From: Lama guanicoe
Lineage: Eukaryota
Length of the DNA: 64,000 nucleotides
NCBI GenBank assembly: GCA_013239625.1
Contig: MU054220.1
Coordinates: forward strand, 6,370,626-6,434,625
Direction: 5' to 3'
Part shown: piece by piece, positions 12,629 to 26,359 of the stretch
Numbering within the stretch: the first letter of the stretch is position 1
How the letters are laid out: each line of letters begins with the position of its first letter
Made by a program: the position numbers and the translations under genes
Notes under the pieces: generated by a model
Told to the model about the DNA's origin: nothing
The model's input: the letters and a program-made list of their open reading frames with translations, nothing else
Databases searched by the model: none

Positions 12629-13464
12629 CTTGAATTACCTGGTCAAAGCAAAAGACAGTGGTTCTAAATTTCTCTGACAAATGTCTGTGATAAGAAGATA
12701 TAGATTATGGCCTGAGAATCTTTCATCTGAGGTATGTTTCATCTGGAAACTATGCTGCAAAGGGGCTTCCTATAAAATAAATTGTATTTTTCCATTGGAA
12801 CAATGTTATAATTGGGACTTGTATTCTTAGCCTCATGATTGCAGTCAAATATAATATGCATGTTCAATGATCTGACACTAAGGCACAATTATAAATTTTG
12901 ATAATAATTTAAAAATTAAAAAAATGCCCCAATTCTATAAATGGGTAGAAAGGTTTTATGCAAAGTAGTTATGTACCAATGTACTCTGCTGTCTATATAC
13001 AGACTTTAGAGCATATGTGTGAACTTTAAGGACTTGAATGTGTGGTTTTGGAGAAAAGCAGGGTATTTCGATGCCTGTTCATTCACCTGGTTCTTGTAGT
13101 TGATATGTTGTAATTTCCTTTTTATTTTGACTCCCTTTCATCTGTCATCATACATATTAATGGCAATTAATATTGATGAGCAAAATATATCAAAAGGTGC
13201 ATAGTTGATTTCTATAGGCAAAAGAGAAAAATTCCAGTCACATTACTCACTTTGGTAAAGGCTCAGTTTCACGCTGTGAAGATAAAGGGCATTGTTCCTG
13301 CTGTTCTTCTAAACTCAGTGTGCTAAATCTCTTTTATTTTTATCTTAAATTTCTGTATTTCCTTTTATCTCAATACCTTGCCAGTGGTATGTAATCTGTA
13401 TTAAAATTGATGTTAATGCTAATGGTGGTAATGATAATAGTAAAGTCATAATAAAAATGAAATT

Positions 13465-13635
13465 AGTATGTTCCAGTTCCTGGGTTAAGCAGTTGACAAG
13501 AACCATGCTACCAAATACTATGAATATGTTACAAAATTCTATGAAGTGGATGTGCTACTATCATCCCTATTTTACAGATGAGGCCAGTTACTCAAGATCA
13601 TACAACTAACCAATGTTGGATCTAAAGATTGAAAT
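13465..13635 (-). mobile_element. MIR SINE relic
   Basis: MIR core 'atccctattttacagatgagg...ctcaagatcatacaacta'. Confidence 0.6.
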
Positions 13636-13694
13636 TTTATTTTATTATTTAAAAGTCCATATTCCCAAGAGTTGAGAAGTAGACTCATGCAGTA

Positions 13695-14652
13695 AAACAC
13701 TTTGATTTTTCAAGAAAGGCAACAAATCAGTGCAATGGGGAAAGAAAAACTTCTCAGCAAATTGTGCTGAGTATTCTGAATATTTATAAGGGAAGAAATA
13801 ATCAGCATCAACCCCTGCCTCACTTCATACACAGTGATTTTAAATGAATCATAAACTTAACATAAAAGTGAAAACCATAAAGATTCTAGAAGATAATACA
13901 GAAGATAATAGTTAATAACTTTCAGAAAGGCAAAGCTTTTATAATTAGGATGTAAGAAGCACCAGAATAAGAGGAAAAATAATAAAAGTGACTTTATCAA
14001 AATTAAAATGTTCTTCTAAGAATATGAATAGGCAAATCAGACTGGAAGAAAATATTTTTGATATATATTTCTATAAAAGGTTATATCCAGAATATATTTT
14101 TAAAACCTCATACAAGTCAATAATAAAATATAACCCAACTAAAAAATAAATATGCAAAAACTTGAATAAACATTTTATGAAGGAAGAGATACACATAGCC
14201 ATTAAGCTCATGAAAATATGCTTTGTATTATTAGTCATTAGGGAAATACTAATTAAAAATTCAAAGGCATACCATTCCACACTCACTGAAAGAGGTTAAA
14301 TAAAAAAAAAACCTGGCAATATCAGATTCTGTCAATAATGCAGAAAACTTGTAACACTTAACGATTTGCTAAGTGCAAATGAAAAATATATAGCCACTTT
14401 GTTAACCCTTTGGCAATGTCTTATAAAGATATTCATAATCTACCCCAGCCGTTTTCAGAGTGTAATCTGAGGACCCTGAGGACCTGTTGTATGATTTTAT
14501 GTGTGAAGTTCAATTGCAGGCAAAACTAATCTGTGATGATAGAAATCAGAGAGTGGTCACCTCTGCATTTTGGGAAATTTGACTTCAAAGAGGAAAGAGA
14601 ATTTTCTGGCATTTATTTAAAATAAAGTAAAAAGGAATATTGTTTTACATAT
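13695..14652 (+). mobile_element. Old L1 (L1M/L1ME-type) ORF2 3' end and 3'UTR relic
   Basis: Degenerate 'ttgatttttcaagaaaggcaacaaatcagtgcaatggggaaag', 'ttagtcattagggaaatactaattaaaa', 'caggcaaaactaatctgtgatgatagaaatcaga'. Confidence 0.75.
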
Positions 14653-15226
14653 TGTTACCCAAAAACTGGGTTCGCCTCTTGGGTGTCTAGCCAAAATGCA
14701 CAGCCGAGCCAAAGATCGAGAGAAGAAAGGATAAATGACTTGCAGCAAGTAAAGAGAACACCAGGGATCTTTACCAAAGCAGTGTCTCTTGGAACAGCAA
14801 AATTGGGGAGGTTTTAGGCTAAGGGTACTTGCATATTCATGAAGGGGCTTGGGCAGTGGACAGAGTTCAAGGTTGATTTGATTGAAGTCAGGAGGGTCAG
14901 AAAAGGTCAGTATCATCATCCCTTAGGTGTCAGTTGATCTGGTGGTTGAGTGATGTGGGCTGATCTTTACCCTTGAAACAGAACTGGCAGTCTTTACAAT
15001 TAATATGTAACTTTTGCTACTGTTACTTCTCTTGGCTGGTAACAGTCCTTTGTTTCTGAGTTCTTCTGTTCCCTTAAGATTATTAATTACAGAAACCTGT
15101 TCAAGGGCAAGGCTGATGGCCACACAGAGGTCACAAAATGGATTAGGCCAAAATTGGCTTCTCTTATGTCAAGAAAGCCATGCCTGGTTCTCTTTCTCTG
15201 GGGACCCCCTACCCTATGTGCTTACA
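14653..15226 (-). mobile_element. ERV1-like solo LTR (about 575 bp)
   Basis: TGTTAC...CTTACA termini and an abrupt GC rise inside an old L1. U5-like 'ctgggttcgcctcttgggtgtc', degenerate polyA signal near 14730 and a TATA-like element on the minus strand. No clean TSD. Confidence 0.75.
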
Positions 15227-16049
15227 TGATGGGCTTCTGTCAGTTCTGTATTGGTGCCTCTTTATAAGTTAGATAACTGAGAATTGATGCAATTTTTACC
15301 ATGGAAATACTTATAAGAAAAGAGCTTAATAAATGAAAATGACCATGATTCAGGCTAATAAGAATGAAGAGGAGGCATGATCCTTGTCCTCACGGAATTT
15401 GCATTATTCTGGGAAAACAACAGTAATCAATAAAGGACAGATGATAATTGGGGGGAGGGTTATGGAAGAAACATCGGGTTCTGGGAGAGTGCTGGGCCTC
15501 ACTCAGAACATGGACATAAGGAAAGATGTCCTTTTATCCTTCCTAACTCAAATGAGTTTCTGATGACCGGATATGATCCATGGTGTGCTGGATAGCCTGC
15601 CTCTCATTTTTGAGCTATTTTTTCACATTCAAAAGCATTTACTGCATATTTTAAATTCTGTTCCAAAGAGCCAGGTCATTCTCGGTTCACCAGAGAGGGC
15701 TGTCATTTCCTCTGGTATCTGCTAATTCTTTAGTAACACCTTCGTGTTGTTACTATCACACTTTTACACCTAGCCTGCCTTCAATCCTTGTTGCAAGATA
15801 ACACCAGCACCTTCACACTTTGTTTTCTGTCTCCCTTGCCATTTATTTCTTCTCCCTGAAAGTCCTCCTTCTCAGACATCCACTGAAACTGGAGTGATTA
15901 ATGATGAGATAGACCCAATCACAGCTGCAGAGTTACTGGCTTACTTTTATTTCTTCTGGAAAACTTCAACCATAATGAGTAAGGGCACCAAGTGCAGACT
16001 CCCCAGAGTCCCAGAACTGAAATAGAGTGTAGAGTCCATTCAGCAGTAT

Positions 16050-16265
16050 TAGCTAACATTTACTGAGTGCACACTGTAAGGTACGCTCCTTAAAAATGTC
16101 TATACATTTTCGCATTTAATCCTCACAACTATACAACGAGCTTATCTTTCCTGTCTATCTTCATTTTCTAAAGGAGAAAACTGAGACTTACAGGCTTGAA
16201 GAAAATTTTCTTAAGCTTCATTACTAACAACCAGTTGGGAAAGGTTTGGTCCTGGGTCTCTGAAT
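16050..16265 (-). mobile_element. MIR SINE relic
   Basis: 'gctaacatttactgagtgc...catttaatcctcacaac...cattttctaaaggagaaaactgagac'. Confidence 0.7.
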
Positions 16266-16704
16266 GCATTTGGATTAATGCCCCTAAGAGAAAACTGCTC
16301 TAGCCCACTGCTTCCTTATCTCAATTAACATTCTTTTTTACAGATTCTCTTTTTACAAATTTATAAAAGTTTAACAAAACTATACAAGTTCAATCTAGGG
16401 GCTTAAATATCAAGTCCCTTAACCAAAATTAGTGCAGATTTGACTAGAACCCAAAACCAGCTTTCAGTGGAGATCTTCTTATTCATGGAGATTAATCTTG
16501 GAGATTCAGAGTAAGTCTTATGCCCCATATATTCTCTTCTGAATCATTTACCCTATTTGTGCAAAAATGGCACAAAAAGAAACAGTATATAGGATCTAAT
16601 TTGCGAATTCCTCTAATCTCGTGATTTGATCAAGAATAGGGCCATTTCTTTATGTAAAAGTAAAAATTTACAAAAATCTGAATCCCTGTTTTGTCTCTAA
16701 TATA

Positions 16705-16830
16705 TCTTCTGTGTAGAGTTGGGGAAGCCAATCAGTCTTTTTGTCCTCAGCTTTCCCTTTCTGTAAAAAAAAAAAAAAGATGAGCAAAAAAATTATTCCA
16801 TGGGATTATTATGATAATTAAATAGAATAA
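16705..16830 (+). mobile_element. MIR SINE relic
   Basis: 'cctcagctttccctttctgtaaaa...catgggattattatgataattaaatag'. Confidence 0.5.
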
Positions 16831-17989
16831 TATAGCCCACAGAAGATGTTAGTTACATTTAAATTACCTTTCCCTTTTAAACGTTACCAAGTATTTAGGG
16901 AATGTTTCATGAGGTTCTGGAGCGATTCTATTATATACCTGGTTTTCCATCAGAATTTTTTTTATCCTAACCTTCAGGCTGTTTCTCAGTCAAACCCATT
17001 TGTTTGAACTTCACTGAGATTGGAGTCCAGCAGGTTACCTTTTGGGGACTATTAATAAATAGGAAATGCCCTGCGTCATTAGATGCCCTCTGAAGCTGTC
17101 TGTGAAATTCTGAGTTATATATTTTGTAGTCTGAACAAAGTTTCTGTAGGGAAGAGAGCTGAGTGTACTCTGGCAAAAATGGCCATCACTCCAGGTGCAA
17201 AGTGCACTTGTGTCACTCAAACCGTTAGGAACATTTGTTGTTTGAACAATAACTTGCATGTGGCCTTTATGTTTGCTATGGCAGAAGGATGGAGAGAGAA
17301 TGCTTGAATAAGAGTCTGGGGCATGGCAGTATTTTATAATCTCAACTCCTCATCTCTCTGATATTGAATTAGCCAAAAGGAGCTGAAAAAAGGATTTTTG
17401 TTAGGTGGAGGAAACTGCTTTTTACTGTTTGGTTTCTAGCTTCTGAAAGATTCTGGCACATTGATGCAAGAAATTGCAAAACAATCTTTGCATTTCATTT
17501 GGCCTCTTTTCTGGTACAGTCGTGGGCAATTTTTATTGAATCGTGTGAGATGGCTGTCTTCAGGGATATAGCTGGTATATACAGTACTTGTCCCAAAGGG
17601 AAGGAATTTATTAAACGATGATCTATGCTTTCCTGTGAATTCTTATAATCTCATGATTTATTCAAGAATACGACTATGTCTTCATGTAGAATCTTGGTAA
17701 GAGTAAAGACTTATAAAAGCCCAAGTGAGAATCCATCTTCTGCATCTAATATTTTATCTCTGTAGGACTGAGCAAGATCAATGAAATAGAGACTAATGAA
17801 GTGATTTCTATTCGCTTCCTTTGTTTGATAACTTTGTGAATCAAATATTTACATAAAGTAGATAGATATCTTTGCCGTTTCAAACACTATGCCTCAGTTT
17901 AAACATCCTAATCTACCAGAATTTTAATGCCAGCCAGAATGTATCAATATTTGCGATGTGTCACACACTCATTTAATTGTATATTATTT

Positions 17990-18140
17990 GCTCTTATTCT
18001 AGTAACAAGCTTTGGAGAGGGTATTGTTGTCTAAATTTTACAGATAAAGAATCTGAGTCTAAGAAATTTGATAGTAAGCAATGTGCCTGAGGTCATTAGC
18101 TAGTTTTTAAAGGAGCTAGAATTCAAATCCAGGTCCAGCT
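17990..18140 (-). mobile_element. MIR SINE relic
   Basis: 'attttacagataaagaatctgagtct...gcctgaggtcattagctag...ggagctagaattcaaatccagg'. Confidence 0.65.
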
Positions 18141-19504
18141 TTTTTATACAAACTTTACTTGTTTGTTTTACCTATTTTGGATTCAAGTGTTAGTACACGC
18201 CAAGCACTTACATGGTACTCAGTTCAGTTTTATTTGCCCTTGAAGATTTAATTTTCATTTTGTATGAGACTTACTACTGAGAGTCTACAGTCTTCTTTCC
18301 ACACTACATATACTCATATTCTTTCTCTTTTTTGTGTCTCAAGTTTCCTTTCTTCGTTCTGTATCTCTGAGCCTCTATATAGTGTGGCCATTGCATTGTA
18401 TTATTTTAAAGATTCAACAGAATGTGATGTTTGTCAAAGGCCCACCATGGGGCCCACCATAAAGGCTGTGGTCAGTAAATGCTGGAAACCTCCTGTCTGT
18501 CTTTGAGTTGGGGCCAGGATCTTCTTGGGCAGCCCTACAGCTCTGAATATTTGGACCAGCCATAGCAAGGAAAGGAGACATGAGATGGGCTGCGTAGAGT
18601 AAGTCCCACCTCCCTTAAATAAACAGGGCCTTCACATTTCTCTGCACCATTAGTGATCCTATTCAGTCTTCTGATATCTGCACATTAGGAAGAGCGAATG
18701 AAAACTAAAGGATAGAAGACCAGTGTGGAAATTCTCAACAGTGCCAAACACTCACACTTCCTTGTTAATCCATTGGCAAAAAAACTTGTTTCTTTCTACT
18801 ATATTTAGTATTCTGGTCATAGCTGCCAGCCCCTATTTTTTTTTCCCACTGAATGTCCTTGAGGAGAGTGAGTATCGGGGAAAAGATTTTGCATACATAC
18901 TTATTTGGAATAATTTGTGTCCTTAAAACCTGAACAAGAAAATAATATTTCTCTTTAGTAAATTGGTACATATTTTGATTATCACCTTGTTAAAAAAAAA
19001 CAAAAGCTGCAATTCACAATAAAGAATCTTTCAGAGTAAATCTTTTAAACTGATTAATTTTCCTCCTTCCAATTCATTCTGAGTTTTGTGCTCCGGATTT
19101 GTTACAGGAAAGGCTACATCTAAACTTATTTTACAGTCATGTTTGCATGAGGTACGAGGGCTCGGTGGCAAAGCCTGTGGGATGCCAGATAGGAAAATAT
19201 AGCCTCTTGGGTATAAGGAATAGATGAAATTCACTCCATAAATAAATGGATCTAAATTTCTTCTTGGTATCCCTGGCCATTCATTTCAACTGCTAGAATA
19301 TCTACAGTAAACTAGACACCGTGTGGGGTTGCATCTCTGAACATCGTGCTCCCACTCTTCTAGGGGTCACGATTTCGTGATTGAGACGTTCCCATGCAAC
19401 ATAAAATAAAACACGGTGCCAAAAAGAAGCTTGGAGAAGGGAAACAGAGCTCAACGGGAGAACAGAAGAGAGATTTTAATGCACTGGGGGAAGCTCCGTT
19501 CCCT

Positions 19505-20090
19505 TATGTATTCCTTCATCCGTTAAACAGTCAAGCACTTCATGAAGGCATATTATGAATCAGACACTATTGTAAGCACAGGTTATGGGGATAAAGTGAA
19601 GACCACACAATAGACACCCAGTATGTGCTTGCTGAATGCATGAGTGTATAAATAAACAAGTAAGCACAAAATCTCTGCCCTTACCAATCTTACATCTATT
19701 GGGGGAATCACACAATAAATAAGAATAAATATATAAAACAATTTCAGACAGTGGTAAATGATGAAGAGGAATAAAACTTATTAAGAAACTAGAGAATTAA
19801 GATGGTGGGGTGGTATCTTAACAGAGTTTTACAGGGTCTTTAGCTTTCAGCCTGGACTTGAAAGTTAGGTAAAATTTTGGCAGATAGAAAAGAAGGCTGG
19901 ATTTCTCTCTCCTGACCACTACTCATATACCCTCTGCACTTTTGCTGCTCTGAGATTTTTGTTTTATGGGTGTGCCTTTAGCAGTGAAAGAGAGTCCATT
20001 AGGGTGGAGACCATGTCTGATGTATCTTTACAGCCCAAGCACAGTGCTTAACATGGCTTAACTTCTAATAGATGTTTATGGAATGAATCA
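19505..20090. mobile_element. L2 relics (fragments in both orientations)
   Basis: L2 3'-end-like motifs such as 'cagacactattgtaagcacagg...ggggata' and 'cccaagcacagtgcttaacatgg...aatagatgtttatggaatgaat'. Confidence 0.5.
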
Positions 20091-23083
20091 GTTCATATGG
20101 AGGTACTAGGGTAAAATAAATGGAGCTACTGAGATGGTTGACGGTGTAGCTGGAGATTTTAAGTAGATTGATGTGACTGGTCTGTAAGTGTTTGGAGGTG
20201 ATAACTGGGTGGTTGATTATATTGTGTTGAAGATAGGTTAGGTTGGGTCCAGAGAAAAGGCAGCTTGAAACTTAGGCTGAAGAGTTTGAATTTGGAGATT
20301 CACTGAGTAACGTCCTTGAAGGAAGAAATTTCTAGTTCCAGGATTGGATTCAATGAGTACCAGAGCATCTAACACGTGTTACGCACTGACAAATCCAGTG
20401 CTGAACTAATCAGTCACCAATTTTATCAGATTTGCTGATTGTTTGAAAATGAGGAGTAAAGGAGAAGCAAAAGTCTAATATAGCTCAAAATTCCAACTAG
20501 GAAGAAATGAAAGAGTGATAAAGCGTGAAGTGGGATAGAGAACACAACTCCAAATGTTGTCAGAGAAGATGTTATAAAATCCCCCTGACCTTAGAAGTTC
20601 AAAGTTCTAAGCCTCTAGGCAAAACCAGCAAAGTACCAAAGTTGTGACACAGAGGGATTTGTGCTCTGCAAATGGACAAGTGAAGTGCTGGGAGCCTGAA
20701 GTGCTGATCAGGGTTCCTGGAGGCCTCCTTTCCATTCTCACCCCCACCCCTGTAATGTAACCTCCAGGTTGCCCCTCTAGGCTCTGTGTCTTTACTCCTT
20801 ATAGGATTTACTAATAAAACTTGAAGGGGGGAATTTCAGATGAGGGGAAGGAGAGGTGGGTTAAATGTGAAGTGTTCTACAAAGCCACCCTCGGGGAGAA
20901 TTACAGTTGAACTATAAAAGTGTGGGTGTCCAAATAACAATAATGAACTGTTTTTCCAGAAATACTGTTCCCTCTTGCTTATTTTCATAGATTGACAAAT
21001 GAAACCAACATGCCTAATTGGCATTTGCTTCCAACTGCATGATGCCAACCAAAGAAAAGCAGATTAGTGTTGATCTGTAAAAACAAATTAGGCTTCAGAA
21101 TACAACACATAAGTAGCTGCCTTTTATTTCTCCTTCTGCAAGGAGTGGTTTTAATTTGCCTGTGAAAGCATTGTGGACTAAAAGGCCTTTTAGCTCACTT
21201 GCTTCAGTGCCACTAATAGACAGGGTAAAGCTGTTAAAAACAGCCAGCTAGTACACAGATATTTAAAGAGAAGGGGGCCTTTTGAACATTTCCACCATCC
21301 TGAGTTATACTTAGAATATCTATTATTGCTAGTCAAGTCCTCCAGCGTTAATTTCTTAAATGGGTGTCAAGTATTGAAACTTGAGCTAGAGGAAATTTAC
21401 CTGAATAAATAATTTTTAGGATACGGAAACACGCAGAGCAGAATGCCCATGTCATTCTTAAAGCCTTATTATTAATCTTTTCATGATTTTGCTGATGTTC
21501 TAATTCATTCTAGATTAAAGCAATGTAAGAATCTTCTATATGTCTAAGGGAGGAAAATTTCTAGGCCTCTTAAGTATTCTGGTCAAAAATGTATTTTGAC
21601 CAATACTTTAAGAAGCAGTAGAAGTCATACTGAGAATTGTCACTTACAAAGTATTTAGAAAAACATTCATTTTCTTTCACTATAAAGAAATGTTCTCGTT
21701 TGCTTAGCTTGGCCTTTTTCCTCTCAAAACGATGTATGTTAATTTGCAATTCTGAGTAATGGTTTGTTCTTTCAAGTATGATTTCCCCTTCACAGAGTGA
21801 GACATCGACATTGTTTCATTAAGCAAACCTGAGTTTACCTTCATTTTTCTTTCTCCTGAATTCAGAAATGTTTACAAGAGAGGAAAAGGAAAAAAAAAAA
21901 AAACCAAAAAAAACCCTCTTGCTTTGTAGAAATCAGAGTTTCCTAAATTGTCCTTGTGGAAATAGCGCTGCAATTCTCAGGGCTCACTCTGAAGTTCATT
22001 TTCCTCCTTCTCTTCATTGTCACCTTGCTGTCCCATCACAGGCTCACCTTCCCCACACCCAAGATAAAAGAAATCCAGTGACTTTACACGTATGAAATAA
22101 GAAAACGTTTCCCCCCAATTTTATTTCTACGTTATATTTAAACAAAAGAGAATCTTAGAATTTTGTTGGCTGGAATTTATCCAAAAAAGGGAGCAAACTT
22201 TATGAATACTCTTTATGACTTATAATGATACACTACTGTTCTAATTTATTTCTAGAGTAAGGCAATCCAGGCCCCTAAGGCTGAGTGTACTATAGAATTA
22301 AGAATAATTCTGTGTATGACTGTGCCAGTGAACCAACACTCCGCCCCCACGACCTGTCGGTGGGAGTTGACTGGCTGATCTAAGGAGGCTGAGACTGGAT
22401 TCACCCATGTTTCATAGACACCGTGATTTATTTCCTACAGTTTATAGGCAATGCTGTGAGGCTCACAGGAGGAACTCTGAGTCACTTAACTGCTAAGAAG
22501 CAGAGTTGGGACTTTGCATTTGCACTGTCTTATCTATTAGAACAATCTCTGGTTGGGTTTGACAAAATACGTTGCGGGTCATATGCCACAAGGCGCAGAC
22601 CCCGAGTAGCTAACAGAACTCTGGATGAAAAAATGAACCATCAGGCATTCTGGGAGAGTTGACAAAGGTTAGAAGTGTTATTTTGAAAAGGAAGGCTAAT
22701 GTTAATCCTTGTGGGATGAAATAACCAATGAAATGATTTCTGATAGAATTTTACTAGAAGTGCCATACATTTTTGTAAAGGGAAATGTCATAAACAAACA
22801 AAGAATTCAGTATATTGTGTTCTGAATTATAAACACACTCCAAACTCTACTGAGGGATGAGGCTCTTGGGAATTTCTGTGCTTGTGGCAGTTTCCTTTCC
22901 TGTACAATGTGTTGGCTTGATCAGTTGATAAATCACACAACTTGGAGAGTTAGAGAAGCAAAGGTAACCAGCCTAGAGCCTTAACACATTACACATTGCA
23001 GATTTGGTTTTGTGATGATGGTAGCTGGGCGTTTATGAAAAGAGTGATTGCCGAAAAGAACTCCATGCTAAAGTACTATATAA

Positions 23084-23090
<7 letters not shown>

Positions 23091-23138
<48 letters not shown>
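23091..23138. repeat. (TG)24 microsatellite
   Basis: Perfect 48-bp TG run. Confidence 0.97.
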
Positions 23139-23142
<4 letters not shown>

Positions 23143-23174
23143 CATATATAAAATTCAAATTTACAGTACTTATA

Positions 23175-23540
23175 AATTATCTATGCAGGTCCTCTGCCTA
23201 TTTAAAAATTTTTTTGAGTTACATGAGTTTTTATATTTTGGATATTAACCCTTTGTCAGATAAATCATGGCAAGTATCTTCTCCCATGCAGTAGCTTGCC
23301 TTTTCATTTTGTTGATAGTTTCCTTTGCTGTGCAAAATCTATTTAGTTTGATGTAGTCCCATTTGTTTATTTTTGCTTTTGTTGCCCTTGCCTCAGGAGA
23401 GTATCCCAAGAAATATTGCTAAGACCAGTGTCAAAGAGCGTGCTGCCTATGTTTTCTTCCAATGAGTTTTATGGTTTCAGGTCTTAGAGTTAAGTCTTTA
23501 ATCCATTTTGAGTTTATTTTTGTATATGGTGTGAGAAAGT
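23175..23540 (-). mobile_element. L1 ORF2 internal fragment
   Basis: Homologous to about 430-785 of the first L1 (gtttcctttgctgtgcaaaa, gtcccatttgtttatttttgc, aagtctttaatccattttgag). Confidence 0.85.
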
Positions 23541-23722
23541 TGTTAATGTACTTTATTATTTAAGTTTGCCATACTTATAAATTGGCATTAACTCTAGTTC
23601 ATGTTTAGTATAATATTCTGCACATTTGCTAATTACTGCTGAAATAACTATTCATCAGGATTAAAGAGGCAAATTGGAAAACCAACAACTTGAGTTCTAA
23701 ATCTCAGTGTCTCATTTCAAAT

Positions 23723-24350
23723 CACTCATTCAGTTGAATAAGTATTTATTAAGTTCCAACTGTGTGCAAGGCACTGTTCTAAATCCTGGGGTTATGGCAG
23801 TGAACAAGACAGAATCTCTCCATGGATTTTGCCTTTCAGTGGGAGATAGTGAACAGCAAACTATTACAGGTAAATGCAAGAGGTGATACACTGAAAAAAA
23901 AAAAGAAGCAGAAATTGTCATGGGAATGGGGACAATTTTAGAAAGAGTGGTGGTCAGGGAAGGTCTCTCTTAGGAATTATTTTTAGTAGATAACTAAAGA
24001 GAGTGAACAGCCCTGCTAGTACATATGGTATCCATGAGTAAGTTACCAAGATACCCCTTCCTTGTGGGAGCTGGTCCTACTCTGAAGTTGATTTCTCAGT
24101 GCCCCATGAGTGGGCTGGATTTTATACTGTGCCACTTCTTAGCCAAATGCCTTTGTGCAGTGCTCAAATCCTACAACTATGCATGGCGGCCTTGGAAGCA
24201 GAGAAGAGAAGCACGAGAAATCCCCAGGGGAAAGCTTATCAGGCAAACATCTGCAGTGAATGTCTAGAGTTGGGATTAAATTGTTCTATTTAAGAAATAG
24301 CAAGAAGTCTAGTAGTGTGCCTGGAGCAGAGTAATTGAAGAGAAGAGGTA
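23723..24350 (-). mobile_element. L2 relic (3' end)
   Basis: 'cattcagttgaataagtatttattaag...tgtgcaaggcactgttctaaatcctggggttatggcagtgaacaagacaga' and 'gtcagggaaggtctctct'. Confidence 0.7.
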
Positions 24351-25244
24351 GGTTATTTAATCTCAGTGAACTTCAGGATAATCAGACTTAAAAGAGGAAT
24401 TCTTGGACTGATTTTCATTCGTCTTTACATGCATTAATTTAAAAATATTCATTACGTATATATATTATGTTTCTTTGTTTGTAAGTGGTAGAAGCCAAGA
24501 CTGGCTTCATTAATAAAATGCCTTTGAGTAGACTGAGACTTTAGAAAGAATATTATTTGCTCGCAGAATCAAGAAGAGGTTGAAGAATCAATTGTAAAGC
24601 AAATGAAAAGCAAGACAATGCTGGAGAAGTAGGGAAAAAGAACTACAAGAAGAAATGGTCTCGGAACAGAAATACTTTGTTCAGTTTTCAGGGCCTGAGT
24701 GTAAAGTAGATGAAATCCAATTATTTTCATATTTTGTTTGTTTTTTCCTTTATGCTCAGAATTTCAAGACAGTAATACTTAGTAGCTCCAGGTTGGATTC
24801 TGAGCTACCCCTTCATCTGGTGCAGTGTCAAGCCCCTGACTACAATCCCAACAGATTTTACCAAAGTAGGAGTCACGCTGTCACTAGGGAGAAGAATGGA
24901 TGCTGGCTACCCAAGTGTCAGAAATATTTAAAATAATATGCCAAACAAAACATGAGGCATATAAGGTACACACATGCATGTCTATCAGCCTTGCCCATGA
25001 AATGTCAGTTCAGTCTTCTGTCACTATAAAGAGAAAGCCCCACGCACCCGGAACTCACGCTAACAGTGGGATTTTCCCCTTTGAGAACTTCAGGCGGACA
25101 TCATGAGGGAATAGGCAAAATGAAGTATGCTTTGTTATTAATACTGACTTGAAAAAGAAATTGCAAGGAATGAGGATTCCGGGAGACTGGAACCAGAGCA
25201 GTAAAATCAATATAAAGAAAAAGAAGACATATTTGAAAAAAGAA

Positions 25245-25560
25245 ATCACAATCTGAGGACTGATTGAAAGTGAACAATAAGATAAAAGAAGAGGAGGAGG
25301 AGAAGTTTGGGTCATGGTTACATTTTGCAGTTGGGTGACTGGATGACATTAACCAAAACTGGTACTAAGGGAGGCAACATATTGCAGCAAGAAGAGAGAG
25401 TAAGCCTGGCCCTCCTGGACATGTTAAATTTGACGTGCATCTGGGTTTCCACAGGGATATGCCGATTGATAGCTAGAATTTTGGTCTGAAGCTCATGAGG
25501 CATCTTAGCTGAGGATACAGATTTGAGATTCTTCAGAGTATGAATAAAATGGAAGGAAAT
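25245..25560 (-). mobile_element. L2 relic
   Basis: 'ttgggtgactggatgacattaacc', 'ggacatgttaaatttgacgtgc', 'ctgaagctcatgagg...gatacagatttgaga'. Confidence 0.55.
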
Positions 25561-26324
25561 ACAGCTGTTAAGGGAGAGGGCAGAGGCAGATGCAGAGCCA
25601 GATAGAGGGAACAGCAAATATGATTTAGAAAGTTAGCATGTTATTTTCTATCGTGAGTTACCAGTGTGCAGTCTTGAAGAAAGTACTTCCTTAAACACCC
25701 AGAAGTTAAACAGGCCAATGATATTTCCACAATAAAGAGACAAATGTTTGTTTCTGACATGCATGAAACACATACTATTCATCAGGCGGATAAGATGGGG
25801 CGTAGTATCCAAAGCATTTTCAGAATTAGATACAAACCTCCATTAATTTCTTCCTTACACATTTTTATTTGGATAAACCACTTGAAACTTATGGGACTCA
25901 GTTTTCCCAACCTCAAATTGGGGATAAAATATACAACTCTCAAAATAGTTCAGAAGATAATGTGAGAAAAGATTCATGAAATGAAGGCCCAGCTTGAGTG
26001 TGAGAAGTATTTGGAAATGTCTGACATTTGACAACCAGGGAAAGGGGACCATGCCAGGGACCTGTTTATGTCGTGGCTGAGAGATCGCTTGGGATAAAAA
26101 CCAAGTGGGAGGGTCTGCTGGGGGTTAGGAGTTGCTGGGAGCAGGGCTGAGATGGCAGCGTGCCTGAGAGCCAGGAGCCACCCCTAGGAGAAAACTAACT
26201 CAAGCCGCCTGACAGGACAGGAAAGATGAGAGGGATTCAGTGAAGAGCTGCTGTCAATAGAGGAAATTGCTGGGCTGGATGTAGTGTGGTGGCTTTGCGT
26301 TTATTATTATTTAACCCACTCTTG

Positions 26325-26326
<2 letters not shown>

Positions 26327-26356
<30 letters not shown>
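26327..26356. repeat. (AC)15 microsatellite
   Basis: Perfect 30-bp AC run. Confidence 0.97.
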
Positions 26357-26359
<3 letters not shown>

